In this document: piece after piece, positions 1-9,688 of the stretch
How positions within the stretch are numbered: the first letter of the stretch is position 1
Layout: each line of letters begins with the position of its first letter
Source of the DNA: a virus
Direction: 5' to 3' (one strand)
DNA length: 64,000 nt
IMG/VR virus record: IMGVR_UViG_3300036045_000007
Notes under the pieces: generated by a model
What the model was told of the DNA's origin: nothing
Databases searched by the model: none
Seen by the model: only the letters and a program-made list of their open reading frames with translations
Made by a program: the position numbers and the translations under genes

Positions 1-818
1 CCGGGAAGATTCGCACGACGAGCCGCGACTTCATCGCTGTGCTCAAAGAGGCGGGCGAAGACCTGAAGTCGAAGATTCTCAACGGTCACGATCTCACGTG
101 CCTGGAACTCGAAGGCACGACGCACAAGACGATTCAGGAAGTCGTTCAGTTTCTCCAGCATCCGCAATTCAATGGCGACATCTGGAAAGTGATCCAGGCC
201 ATCGAAATGAATTGGGAGAAGCGAGTCGGCCTGACTGAGCTGGCTTACGGCATGAGCAGTCGCCAGATGCGATCCGCCGAGGAAGCGTCGGCAAAGATGG
301 GGCAACTCCAAGTGCGGCCCGACGACATGGCCAACAAAGTCGAAGACGCCATGAGCAAGGTCGCTCGGAAAGAAGCCATCGCCGCTCGCTGGCTGCTACA
401 GCCGCAGGACGTGCAACCGATCATGGGTGAAATGGGCGCCATGCTGTGGGCTCAGCTCGTTGCACAGTCCGACATTCAGTCCATCGTTCACGAGCTGGAA
501 TATCGGATCGAAGCGGGCAGCACACGCAAGCCAAACAAGGACCGAGATGCGGCGAACATGGGCCAGGCCATGCAAACGCTCTTCGCTCCGATGATGCAAT
601 ACTCGATGACGACCGGCGACTTCACGGCGATCAACGCGCTCATCGTCGATTGGGCCAAGAGCGTTGACCTTGATCCCGAACGATACCTGTTCAAGCCGCC
701 GCCTCCTCCACCTATAATGCCCACGCAACCTGGTGGACAGCCTCAGCCTGGTGGAACTCAGCCACAACAACCGCCCGGTCCTGGTCAGCCACGACCGGCA
801 CAAGCACGCGCCGCGTGA
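1..818 (+). CDS. portal-like protein, C-terminal part (5' end outside window)
   Basis: Frame is open from the window edge (nt 3) to the stop at 816-818, so the track Met at 39 is internal. P/Q-rich tail PPPPPPIMPTQPGGQPQPGG. Assigned by synteny: the window ends in terL, so this ORF follows terminase in a wrapped genome. No motif-level proof. Confidence 0.5.
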   Translation, partial: GKIRTTSRDFIAVLKEAGEDLKSKILNGHDLTCLELEGTTHKTIQEVVQFLQHPQFNGDIWKVIQAIEMNWEKRVGLTELAYGMSSRQMRSAEEASAKMGQLQVRPDDMANKVEDAMSKVARKEAIAARWLLQPQDVQPIMGEMGAMLWAQLVAQSDIQSIVHELEYRIEAGSTRKPNKDRDAANMGQAMQTLFAPMMQYSMTTGDFTAINALIVDWAKSVDLDPERYLFKPPPPPPIMPTQPGGQPQPGGTQPQQPPGPGQPRPAQARAA

Positions 819-827
819 TAGGGAACC

Positions 828-1412
828 ATGAGTGAGAATGCAGCAGCCTGCACCCTGGGAACACAGGGAACCAGTCCGTTCATGAGGATCAGCGACGATC
901 CACAGGTGCAGGCTGCTTATGAGCGCATTCGATCAGAAGGCGGTTCGCACAATTTGGCAGAAATGCTTGCATTGGGTCAACCGCCGAACATCAAGGGAAC
1001 TGACAGCGGCTTCCTCAAGGGCCATTGTAATGGAAGTCAGTTCGAGAAAACACCGTCTATCGGCAATCACTACCTCGAAGAAGCCAAGCGACACGGCATC
1101 GACGTGAAGGGCAAGGTCTACCTGAGCCAGTTGGCGACGTTCCCTGGCGATCCGCGCGCGTGGGTTGCAGATCAGCACGATGTCCAGAAGGTGTGCGAAG
1201 AGCGTGGGTGGGGCTGCGAGGGAGCGGTGAACGTCAAGTCGGTTCCTCTGATCGAGCCGCCCGCGCCGCCGCCAGCCGTTGCTCCTGACATCGTTGACGG
1301 GAAGGTCGCCGAGATTCTTCAGACGGTTCCTGCGGTGGACCGTCCGCGTGTTGACATCCAAGACCTACGGGAGCAGGTCGTCGATAAGATCGCGCCGCCG
1401 TGGGCCAAGTAG
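828..1412 (+). CDS. hypothetical virion-block protein
   Basis: 194-aa ORF 10 nt after the portal stop, same strand and operon, weak AGGGAA upstream. No domain recognised. Confidence 0.5.
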   Translation: MSENAAACTLGTQGTSPFMRISDDPQVQAAYERIRSEGGSHNLAEMLALGQPPNIKGTDSGFLKGHCNGSQFEKTPSIGNHYLEEAKRHGIDVKGKVYLSQLATFPGDPRAWVADQHDVQKVCEERGWGCEGAVNVKSVPLIEPPAPPPAVAPDIVDGKVAEILQTVPAVDRPRVDIQDLREQVVDKIAPPWAK

Positions 1413-1424
1413 AAAGGATTCGCT

Positions 1425-2009
1425 ATGGCCGCGCCAACGTATAGTCCGGCAACACCCGGCAATCTCATGGCGGCAATCTCCATTGCTGCATCGAGCGAGC
1501 GAGCGGTGCCGTACAACATCTCCACCAAGTTCGAGGCGCACGTAACCTGTCACTCGCAAATGGGTGGGACAGTCGCGGCGACGACGGGCGTTCGCTTCGA
1601 GGTTTACCAGTACTACGGCTCGACGACTACGACGGCGAGCAGCTCGGCGGGCGCAACCAGTATCAGCGTGGCCAGCGCCACCGGCATCGTCAAGGGCGCG
1701 AGGCTGGGCATTTGGGACGCGACCAACGGCGGCGAAATCCTCGAAGTCAGCAATGTCTCAGGCACGACGCTGACGGTTGCGGCGACGAAGTACAATCACA
1801 CCAACGGCGCCAACGTCTATGTGATCGAGACCACGCCGACCATCACGGTGCAGCCAGGTCCGAACTCGGGCAACTACGCTGCCGACAAGGTTTATTCCAA
1901 GATGATCCAGTTCGGGACGGGGCTCTGGTTTGTGCGCGCCGTGAACCTGGACGCCTCCAATGCACACACCGTCGAACTCAGCGCGGCAACCATTGATGCG
2001 GTAAGCTGA
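1425..2009 (+). CDS. hypothetical structural protein
   Basis: 194-aa ORF, tightly packed. Thr/Ser/Ala-rich beta-type composition with an ISVASATGIVKGARLGIWDATNGGEILEV segment similar to one in 8535-9068. Confidence 0.5.
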   Translation: MAAPTYSPATPGNLMAAISIAASSERAVPYNISTKFEAHVTCHSQMGGTVAATTGVRFEVYQYYGSTTTTASSSAGATSISVASATGIVKGARLGIWDATNGGEILEVSNVSGTTLTVAATKYNHTNGANVYVIETTPTITVQPGPNSGNYAADKVYSKMIQFGTGLWFVRAVNLDASNAHTVELSAATIDAVS

Positions 2010-3190
2010 TGCGGAATGCACTGCCAGGGCACCGTTGGTACACGCTGCCTCCTGCGGGTACGCAGCTCGATGAAGAGATGCTGCGGCATCGGTCGCTTTT
2101 CCAGCCGAACAGCATCTTCGGTACCTACGCGCAGCAGGGGATGCGGAAGTTGGTGGCCTACTGGCCGCTCAACGACGCGAACTCGGCAAGAGGAATACCC
2201 GACATCGTGTCGAAGGGGTTCAAGCACGGTGCCACACTCGGCAGCGGCGCCTCCCTGGTTGGCGGGCTGTACGGCCAGGCCGTGCGGCTCGACGGCACAA
2301 GCAACGGTTATATCGCAGTAGCCAACAGCGCCGAGTTTGACCTCGACACGCAGTCCGTGTGGTTTTGGTTCAAGACGAATCAGTCGGCCAACCCGATCGC
2401 GCTGCTCAGCCGCCACGACACCAATTCCTCGAACGGGTACCTCTTCTGGATCGACTCGAACGCCATCAAGCTGTTGCTCAAGGGTTCGGGCATCGACGCT
2501 CTCACGCTAACCGGGCCATCGGTGCGGGACGGCGCGTGGCACATGGCAGGCGCCGTCATCCGGTCAGACAGTTCGTTCCGCGAATGCCGCCTGTACGTCG
2601 ATGGCGTTCTGGTTGCAAGCGATTCGACCGTGCAGCCGATGAACTTCAACAGCCAAGTCACGCGCTGGGGCAAGTCCATCGACTCGTTCTGGACGGGATT
2701 CAACGGCGACATCATTCCGGGCGGCATCTTCAACACCGAGCTGTCTTTCGCCGATTTCCAGCAGCTTTACTTCGAGCCCTTCTGCCTTTTCAAGCCGCCG
2801 ACCGTTCGGTCATATACGCGGATCATCAGCTCCGAAGTGCTGGACAGCCTAAGTTCGGCCTTGTCCGTAGGATCAACCTTCCTTTCCACGGAGTTTCCTG
2901 ATAGCTTTTCCTCACCGATTTCGGTCGGTGGCGACTTCCAGACCGCCACCATTGAGTCGCCGATCCTGGTGGGCTCGCTCTATGATTTCGCCGTCGCTAT
3001 CGTCGATGAGTTCAGTTCAGCCATCAGCGTCGGCTCGACTTTCGACATTGAACCGGGCTTTAGTTCGGCGATTTCTGTAGGATCAACCTTTGAATCGGAT
3101 GCTACGATAAACCTAGTGGAAGGAATCCTGGTCGGCAGCGTGTTCGACGGAAACAGCGGAGCGTTGGCGTCGAATCGCTACCGGTTTTGA
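2009..3190 (+). CDS. LamG/concanavalin-A-like lectin-domain tail protein with C-terminal SVGSTF repeats
   Basis: YWPLND..GQAVRLDG..WFWFKT..WHMAGAV..RLYVDGVLV pattern typical of the Laminin_G_3 jelly-roll. The last ~120 aa are SS-x-I-x-VGSTF repeats ending NRYRF. ATG overlaps the upstream TGA. Confidence 0.75.
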   Translation: MRNALPGHRWYTLPPAGTQLDEEMLRHRSLFQPNSIFGTYAQQGMRKLVAYWPLNDANSARGIPDIVSKGFKHGATLGSGASLVGGLYGQAVRLDGTSNGYIAVANSAEFDLDTQSVWFWFKTNQSANPIALLSRHDTNSSNGYLFWIDSNAIKLLLKGSGIDALTLTGPSVRDGAWHMAGAVIRSDSSFRECRLYVDGVLVASDSTVQPMNFNSQVTRWGKSIDSFWTGFNGDIIPGGIFNTELSFADFQQLYFEPFCLFKPPTVRSYTRIISSEVLDSLSSALSVGSTFLSTEFPDSFSSPISVGGDFQTATIESPILVGSLYDFAVAIVDEFSSAISVGSTFDIEPGFSSAISVGSTFESDATINLVEGILVGSVFDGNSGALASNRYRF

Positions 3191-3199
3191 GGCACATGG

Positions 3200-6049
3200 A
3201 TGGCCGGACCCGTTCTCTTTGATCGAGTCTACGAGACATCGACGACGACCGGCACTGGCAACATCACCCTCGCCGGTGCAGCGACCGGCTTCCGCGCGTT
3301 CGACGCCGTTGTCTCCAACGGTGAAACGTTCCCATACGTGATCGCTTTACAGAGCGGAACCGAATGGGAAACCGGCATCGGCACCAAGCTCACGTCAACA
3401 ACCTTTAGCCGGTCGGTTATCCAGTCCTCGAACAGCAACAACCTGGTGAATTTCTCATCGGGCACTAAGGACGTGTTCTTAATGCTGTCCTCCGCGCGCA
3501 CGCCAGCGCTAGACAAGGACAACACTTTCACCATTGGTCCGCAGACCATCAACCTCGCGGCGAATGCGCAGAAGGGCCTCATCGTCAAGCGGTTCAGCAG
3601 CGGCCACTCCGCGAACCTGCTTGAGATTCAGAACGAGAGCGGGACCAGCATAGCGAGCGTTTCAGCGGCTGGTGTCTTTACGGGAAACGGCTCTGGCCTT
3701 ACTTCGCTCACCGCTGCCAATATCAGCGCGGGGACCGCTGGGATTTCAATCACCGGCAATGCGGGGACCGTGACCAACGGTGTCTACACGAACGTCGCCA
3801 ACACATTCACGCTCGGCCCGCAACTGCTTCAGAGCGGTGGTGCGTCGAACAAGGTGCTGCTCGTTCGTGGAGCCGCATCCCAATCGGCCAATCTTCAAGA
3901 GTGGCAAAACAGCGGCGGCACATCGCTGGCCCATGTGACTGCCGCTGGCGTGTTCAATGGTGATGGCTCAGGCTTGACCATGTTGCAGCCTGGGAACATC
4001 GTGGCAGGAACGGCAGGCATCTCGATCACCGGCAATGCAGGCACGGTCACGAACGGCGTCTACACCAACGTCGCGAACACGATCACCCAAGGCCCAACGA
4101 CTCTCAACAGCGGCGGCGCCGCACTCGTCAGCCTGATCGTGAAGGGTGCAGCATCGCAGTCAGCGAACTTGCAGGAGTGGCAAAACAGCGGCGGATCGGT
4201 TCTCGCCAACATCACGGCGGCTGGCGTCTTTACCGGGAACGGATCGGGCTTGACCAACATCGCTGGTGCGAGCTTTGGAACGCAGACCGCGAACTTCGTG
4301 TTCGCTGGTCCCACATCAGGCGGCGCCGCTAATCCGACGTTCCGCGCTCTGGTCAGCGACGACATCCCCGCCCTGGCTGCATCAAAGATCACTAGCGGCG
4401 TCTTCCCCGAAGCACGAGGCGGTACAAACCAGTCAACGTACACCCTCGGCGACACGTTGTACGCGAGCGCGGCCAACACTCTGAGCAAGCTCGCGGGCAA
4501 CACGACGACGACGCGACAATTCCTGCGTCAGACCGGCAACGGATCGGTGTCGGCGGCTCCCGCGTGGGATACGCTCGTTGCGGGCGACATTCCGGCGCTG
4601 GCCTACGTGACCAGCGTGGCGATCACCGGACCTTCGATCATCAGTTGGAGCGGATCGCCGATCACCAGCTCGGGAACATTCACCGGCACGCTGGCGAATC
4701 AAAGTGCGAACACGGTCTTGGCCGGGCCGACATCAGGCGGTGCAACGACTCCGACATTCCGAGCGCTGGTCAAGCTCGATCAGCACGCACAGACCGCCTA
4801 CAAGGATGAAGCCAACACGTTTACCCTGGGGCCGAACACGTTCCAGACAGGAGCGGCAGGAAACATCGGCGTCATAATCGCTGCCGCCGCTTCGCAGTCG
4901 GCGAACGTGTTAGAGATCAGGAACTCAGTCGCCGCCGTCATACACTCAGTCGATCCGCAGGGTGCGACCGCGATCAATCTCAAAGCGGACTCGGCGATTG
5001 GTCTAGTCATCAAGCGGAATAGCGCGACACACGCCGCCAACCTGTTCGTCGTGCAAGACGAAAGCGGCGGCACGCTGACAGCTCTGAACGCGGGATGCAC
5101 CGTGTTGACCATGCCCGCGTCATTTGCCATCGGACTTTCGAGCGCGGCGACTGGTTCAAGCGCTCTCGCGATTGGCGGCAGCGCTTCGGCGGCGGGCAAC
5201 AATTCCACGGCATTGGGCAACACTGCGGCGGCGGGCGGCACGAACGCAACGGCCATCGGAGCGACCGCGACGTGCAACCAGAATAACTCGGTATCTATTG
5301 GCACGGCGTCGGTCGTGAACGCAAGCAACTGCGTCGCCATTGGTCGGCAAGCGGCGGCGGGCGGCGCCTCGGCTTCCAGCGCGACGGCGATTGGCGCCAA
5401 CGCGCAGGCGTCCACCGCCAATTCGTTGGCGATTGGCTCCGCGTCGTCCGTCGCGCAGGCTGGCGGAACCGCTCTTGGAGCTAGCGCTGTCGTTCAGGCG
5501 GGGCACACCAACTCGCTTGCCTTGGGCTATCAGGCCAACAGCTTTGCGGCGGCTGAGTTCGTCGTAACCCCAAACGTTGACTTCATAACGTTCTCCGTGC
5601 TATCGAGCACATCCACGAACCGGCAGCGCGGCGAGATTCGAGTCGCCAACGTCGATAACACGGACGCCAGCAGAAAGTACCGCCTGACCCTCAGTGCCTT
5701 TGATACAGCAGCACGTGAAGGTCTTAGAATTGAAGGCAGCGGCACAGCAGCGTTGCTCAGTTTCTTTGGCATCACGGCGGTTGCTCGCGCGAGTGCTTAT
5801 ACCCAAACGTATTCGACCGCTGACAAGACTCATGCGAACCCAACGGCGGTAGCCGTAACGGACAACACAGGCGGCACGGCCAACACGACGCTGCAAAACA
5901 TTGGCGCCGCCTACAGCCAGGCCGAAGTCGCCAACAACTTCGCTGACCTGGCCGCGCAACATAACGCGCTCGTGGCGGACCTCGCTGACCTCAAGCAACT
6001 GTGTAACTCGATGATCGACGATCTGCAAGCATACGGCTTGTTCCAGTAA
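3200..6049 (+). CDS. tail fibre protein
   Basis: 949 aa. Three ~100-aa tandem repeats (ASQSANLQEWQNSGG..AAGVFxGxGSGLT..GTAGISITGNAGTVTNGVYTNVANT) at ~3570-4290. GPTSGGAxxPTFRALV occurs twice. Ala/Gly/Ser SxAxG repeats at ~5100-5530 resemble YadA-head-type fibres. Confidence 0.8.
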   Translation: MAGPVLFDRVYETSTTTGTGNITLAGAATGFRAFDAVVSNGETFPYVIALQSGTEWETGIGTKLTSTTFSRSVIQSSNSNNLVNFSSGTKDVFLMLSSARTPALDKDNTFTIGPQTINLAANAQKGLIVKRFSSGHSANLLEIQNESGTSIASVSAAGVFTGNGSGLTSLTAANISAGTAGISITGNAGTVTNGVYTNVANTFTLGPQLLQSGGASNKVLLVRGAASQSANLQEWQNSGGTSLAHVTAAGVFNGDGSGLTMLQPGNIVAGTAGISITGNAGTVTNGVYTNVANTITQGPTTLNSGGAALVSLIVKGAASQSANLQEWQNSGGSVLANITAAGVFTGNGSGLTNIAGASFGTQTANFVFAGPTSGGAANPTFRALVSDDIPALAASKITSGVFPEARGGTNQSTYTLGDTLYASAANTLSKLAGNTTTTRQFLRQTGNGSVSAAPAWDTLVAGDIPALAYVTSVAITGPSIISWSGSPITSSGTFTGTLANQSANTVLAGPTSGGATTPTFRALVKLDQHAQTAYKDEANTFTLGPNTFQTGAAGNIGVIIAAAASQSANVLEIRNSVAAVIHSVDPQGATAINLKADSAIGLVIKRNSATHAANLFVVQDESGGTLTALNAGCTVLTMPASFAIGLSSAATGSSALAIGGSASAAGNNSTALGNTAAAGGTNATAIGATATCNQNNSVSIGTASVVNASNCVAIGRQAAAGGASASSATAIGANAQASTANSLAIGSASSVAQAGGTALGASAVVQAGHTNSLALGYQANSFAAAEFVVTPNVDFITFSVLSSTSTNRQRGEIRVANVDNTDASRKYRLTLSAFDTAAREGLRIEGSGTAALLSFFGITAVARASAYTQTYSTADKTHANPTAVAVTDNTGGTANTTLQNIGAAYSQAEVANNFADLAAQHNALVADLADLKQLCNSMIDDLQAYGLFQ

Positions 6050-6061
6050 GGAGGACCAGTA

Positions 6062-6367
6062 ATGGCGCAAAACACAACGGCCAAAGAACTGAACTTCGCG
6101 TCACGCGCGATTTTGTCAGCCGATAAGTTCCTCGAATGGTGGGAAGAGGCCAAGGCGCTTCGTCAGGAATACACCAGCCTCGACATCGGCAATCAAATTA
6201 CCCAAGGCGAGCTGGACACGTCGCCCGCGCTGATCCACCTGACACCGGCGATCATCACGAGCTACATGACGACGTTCGATGCGCTGAGCGATCTGATCTC
6301 GTTGAACAGTGGAAGCCAAAACAACACGAGCGGCCACTTGACAAACCTGTTCAAGATGAAGGGATAA
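6062..6367 (+). CDS. hypothetical protein (possible fibre-associated or assembly factor)
   Basis: 101-aa ORF immediately downstream of the fibre gene, GGAGGA upstream. Function is inferred from position only. Confidence 0.45.
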   Translation: MAQNTTAKELNFASRAILSADKFLEWWEEAKALRQEYTSLDIGNQITQGELDTSPALIHLTPAIITSYMTTFDALSDLISLNSGSQNNTSGHLTNLFKMKG

Positions 6368-6368
6368 C

Positions 6369-6497
6369 ATGCTCGGTTTTGGGCCATTCGGTTCGGGTGC
6401 ATTCGCGTCATTGTTTCAAGCCGCCGCGCCGCCGCCCCCAGTCGCCCTGGTGCTGTATGAGGAAATGATGCTGGCCGGTGGCCTTTACTTTGGGTAG
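6369..6497 (+). CDS. small hypothetical protein (42 aa, not in ORF track)
   Basis: My translation: MLGFGPFGSGAFASLFQAAAPPPPVALVLYEEMMLAGGLYFG. ATG lies 1 nt after the upstream stop and the ORF fills the gap before the next gene. Confidence 0.3.
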   Translation: MLGFGPFGSGAFASLFQAAAPPPPVALVLYEEMMLAGGLYFG

Positions 6498-6506
6498 GAG
6501 ACCAAA

Positions 6507-7103
6507 GTGTACCGCTTCGATCCCGGCTCGACCGATGTGACCATCTACTTCAAGCTCCGCAGCGACACTACGGGGTTGCCGGTCACTGGTCTGGCATTCA
6601 ACTCGGCAGGAGCAAACGCATCATATACCCGCAAGGGCGCGTCTGCCGCGTCGATCACTCTGGCCACGCTCGCCGCTGCAAACTCCGCTCACAGCGACGG
6701 CGGATTCAAGGAAGTGGATGCGACCTTGGCGCCCGGACTCTACCGCCTCGATCTTCCAGATGCCGCGTGTGCCTCCGGAGTTCCATTCGTTGTCGCGTCG
6801 ATCAAGTTCAGCGGCGTCATCGCCGAGAGTGTACTTGTCCGTCTCGATCCGAACCTCAGTTCGACGGGTGCAGGTGCGGTATCGACGACCATCACGGTGA
6901 AATCATCGGTCGGCGGCACGCCGATCCAGGGTGCCGAAGTGTGGGTGACGACTGACTCTGTCGGGACGAACGTGATCGCTGGAACTCTGACCACGAACAA
7001 CTTCGGCCAGGTGACGTTCTTCCTCGACCCTGGAACCTACTATGTCTGGATCGCGGCGCCCGACTATACTGAGCCCAACCCAACGACCATCGTGGTAACG
7101 TGA
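6507..7103 (+). CDS. hypothetical structural protein with beta-sandwich (carboxypeptidase-regulatory-like) C-terminus
   Basis: GTG start 5 nt after AGGAGA. C-terminal ITVKSSVGGTPIQGAEVWVTTD..GQVTFFLDPGTYYVWIAAPDY resembles CarboxypepD_reg-type domains. Confidence 0.5.
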   Translation: MYRFDPGSTDVTIYFKLRSDTTGLPVTGLAFNSAGANASYTRKGASAASITLATLAAANSAHSDGGFKEVDATLAPGLYRLDLPDAACASGVPFVVASIKFSGVIAESVLVRLDPNLSSTGAGAVSTTITVKSSVGGTPIQGAEVWVTTDSVGTNVIAGTLTTNNFGQVTFFLDPGTYYVWIAAPDYTEPNPTTIVVT

Positions 7104-7104
7104 G

Positions 7105-8334
7105 ATGGCGAACTTCGACATCATCCTGACGCCCGAAACTGCACCGTCAACGCTGACGGTCATTCCGCACACCAGGCGAACGACCTTCTACGATATGGTC
7201 GAGTACATGCGTCTGCACGCCGGGGCTGCGGTCGGTGCCGAGCATGACAACATCAGCAAGAAGGCGATCTTCGCCGCGCTCCGTGAGTTGACCAACTGCC
7301 ATCTTTGGAGTTACTTCTACAAGTGGGGACGGATCAACACTGTCGCTCCGCAAAACACCGGGACCATCGCAGTCGATGTCGAGGGCGGTGCATTCCCGAA
7401 CCTCGTGACTCTTACCGGCAGCACATGGCCTACCTGGTCATCCTTTGGGCATCTGCGTATCGGCGAAGTCGTCTACAGCGTCAAAGACCGCGTGGACGCA
7501 ACCCGAATCACTCTCGACGCTGAGAGGGCGCCAGCGGCGGACATCGCGTCTGGCACGAGCTACACCCTCTATCGAGACACGTACACGTTGCCCGGCGACT
7601 TCATCAGCAACGACAACGCGATCAACGAATCCAGTTGGGGCGACTTGGAGTACGTGCGTCCCACCGACTGGCTGCGTGCGACCAGGTACTACCAGTCGTC
7701 CTCGACCAGTCCGCGATGGTTTACGATCACCGGCGATCCTGACGTTGCGAATCGGCTGGCGTTGCGAGTGTTCCCTTATCCCGATTCGGCCAAAACCATC
7801 GACTTCCTATACAAGCGGCAACCACGAGAAGTCAACGTCGTCGAGGCGAAGGATGGCACGGTGAGCGTCAGTTCGCTTTCGACGCCGCAGACGGTGACTG
7901 GAACCGGCACGGCGTTCACCGCCAACATGGTGGGCTCCGTGATCCGCTTCTCTGCCCAGGGTGAAACGAATCATCCGACGAGCCTGACTGGTGCGTACCC
8001 GAACGTGATGGAACGCAACATCATCGCCGTGACCAACTCGACGACGTTGACTCTCGACGACGCCGCGAGCGAAACGATTACTGGCGGGAAGTACCGGATC
8101 AGCGACCCCATCGACATCGACGACCAGATCATGTCTGAGGCGTTCTTCCGGTGTTGCGAGAAGAACTATGGATTCATGCGGTCGATGAAGAACGTGGGCG
8201 AGCGGGAAGCGGCCTACGTGCTGGCGATGCGTAAAGCCAAGGAATCCGATCAGCGCGTGTTCGCCGAGCGCGTGGCCGGTGCAGGTGGAACCTACCGGCA
8301 ACCGCTCTCCGACATGCCGATCAACTTCGGGTGA
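7105..8334 (+). CDS. hypothetical structural protein
   Basis: 409-aa ORF, 1-nt spacing from the upstream gene, within the tail block. No motif recognised. Confidence 0.55.
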   Translation: MANFDIILTPETAPSTLTVIPHTRRTTFYDMVEYMRLHAGAAVGAEHDNISKKAIFAALRELTNCHLWSYFYKWGRINTVAPQNTGTIAVDVEGGAFPNLVTLTGSTWPTWSSFGHLRIGEVVYSVKDRVDATRITLDAERAPAADIASGTSYTLYRDTYTLPGDFISNDNAINESSWGDLEYVRPTDWLRATRYYQSSSTSPRWFTITGDPDVANRLALRVFPYPDSAKTIDFLYKRQPREVNVVEAKDGTVSVSSLSTPQTVTGTGTAFTANMVGSVIRFSAQGETNHPTSLTGAYPNVMERNIIAVTNSTTLTLDDAASETITGGKYRISDPIDIDDQIMSEAFFRCCEKNYGFMRSMKNVGEREAAYVLAMRKAKESDQRVFAERVAGAGGTYRQPLSDMPINFG

Positions 8335-8337
8335 TAG

Positions 8338-8514
8338 ATGGCTGAACCGGCAGACGGAATTGAGATGCGGGACTTCCCCGGCCTGGTCAAAAACACCGAG
8401 CCGAGGGACGTGCCTCCAGGTGGAGCGGAAGAGCAGATCAACGCCTGCTCGTTGGTCGTCGGCGAGCTGACGGTCAGGCATGGTTATAGAATGGTGCAGT
8501 TTGATGACGCTTAG
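8338..8514 (+). CDS. small hypothetical protein (58 aa, not in ORF track)
   Basis: My translation: MAEPADGIEMRDFPGLVKNTEPRDVPPGGAEEQINACSLVVGELTVRHGYRMVQFDDA. It starts 3 nt after the upstream stop. Confidence 0.35.
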   Translation: MAEPADGIEMRDFPGLVKNTEPRDVPPGGAEEQINACSLVVGELTVRHGYRMVQFDDA

Positions 8515-8534
8515 GTGTTCGGAGGAGTCACCGG

Positions 8535-9068
8535 ATGAGCGACAGCTACCTTGGTCTTGTCTCACTCAGCACTGCGTTGCGTGCTTCGTTCGTTACGCGA
8601 GACGGATCGAACACGCCCAAAGACGCCACGATCGCGCCAGGCTTCCGCATCTACGGGCCGAGCGGTGTGATGAACAACGGCACCGGCACGCTCAGTTTCA
8701 AAGACCCGAGTTCATCTGGCGGCGCGATCACCGGGGCGACGAATGCTTCACCCATCGTCATCACCAGTGCGAACCACAAACTGAGCACCGGCACGCGCGT
8801 CACTATCGCTGGCGTGGGCGGAAACACAGCGGCGAACGGTGACTTTCAGGTCACGGCCATCGACGCTAACACGTTCAGCCTCAATGGAAGCACAGGCAAC
8901 GGAGCGTACACCAGCGGCGGCACATGGCACACGACCGGGCTCTATGACATCAACTACACGCCCACCGGCACCAACGGTTTCGCAGCCGGTCAGAACTATT
9001 CGATGCTCGTTACGTTCGTGGTCAGCGGAGTAACCAAGGCTGACATCCTGACCTTCACGGTGGTATGA
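8535..9068 (+). CDS. hypothetical structural protein
   Basis: 177 aa, GGAGGAG upstream. ITSANHKLSTGTRVTIAGVGGNTAANGDFQVTAIDANTFSL is a small beta-domain common in phage structural proteins. Confidence 0.5.
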   Translation: MSDSYLGLVSLSTALRASFVTRDGSNTPKDATIAPGFRIYGPSGVMNNGTGTLSFKDPSSSGGAITGATNASPIVITSANHKLSTGTRVTIAGVGGNTAANGDFQVTAIDANTFSLNGSTGNGAYTSGGTWHTTGLYDINYTPTGTNGFAAGQNYSMLVTFVVSGVTKADILTFTVV

Positions 9069-9688
9069 TGGCGCGGAAACTGGCTCAGTACAGCGAGATT
9101 CATTCGGAGTTGAAGTCGGGAGACGTGATCGCGTTTGGCGGCAAGGGCCAGCTCTCTCACTGGATCAAGCTCTTCACGAAGTCGCCGGTGTCGCACGTTG
9201 CCGTCGTCTTCGAGTCGAACCTCATGGTTCCTCGACAGATGGACGGATTCGGCGTTCCCGACGACACGCTCAACTGGCTTTGTGAGAGCACAACGGGCGG
9301 CGTCCAGTTTCGGCGGGTTAGCCAGGTTGTCATGGACTATGACGGCGACGTGTGGGTTTTGCCGTTGAGCGATGCGGCGCGGGCTGGCATGGACCTGGAT
9401 GCTTTTCACGTCTTCCTGCTGACCCACAAGGGCAAGCCATACGACGACGTGCAGTTGACCATGTTCCCGCTCGGCACCAACCGAGAAGACTTCCGGGCAT
9501 TCTTTTGCTCAGAGCTTGTCGCCGGAGCGCACGAGGCCGGTAAAGTTGTGCCAGAGCTGAACGCATCGAACACTGGACCGATTGACATTTGCCGGTTCAG
9601 CATCTACAAGCCGGACTACTATCAGTTGAAGGGCGACATCGACATCCCTGGCTACAACACGACATTCGCAGGCGGGTGGGGAACGTGA
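9065..9688 (+). CDS. permuted papain-fold hydrolase (YiiX/C92-like, NlpC/P60 superfamily)
   Basis: His-before-Cys order (SPVSHVAVVF ... FFCSELVAGAH), typical of permuted papain-like amidases. Lies in the tail block. ATGA overlap with the upstream gene. Confidence 0.6.
   Translation: MMARKLAQYSEIHSELKSGDVIAFGGKGQLSHWIKLFTKSPVSHVAVVFESNLMVPRQMDGFGVPDDTLNWLCESTTGGVQFRRVSQVVMDYDGDVWVLPLSDAARAGMDLDAFHVFLLTHKGKPYDDVQLTMFPLGTNREDFRAFFCSELVAGAHEAGKVVPELNASNTGPIDICRFSIYKPDYYQLKGDIDIPGYNTTFAGGWGT

Noticed and set aside
3200-6049. Diversity-generating retroelement acting on the tail fibre
   Set aside because: I recognised no reverse transcriptase ORF and no near-identical template/variable repeat pair with adenine-specific differences in the window.
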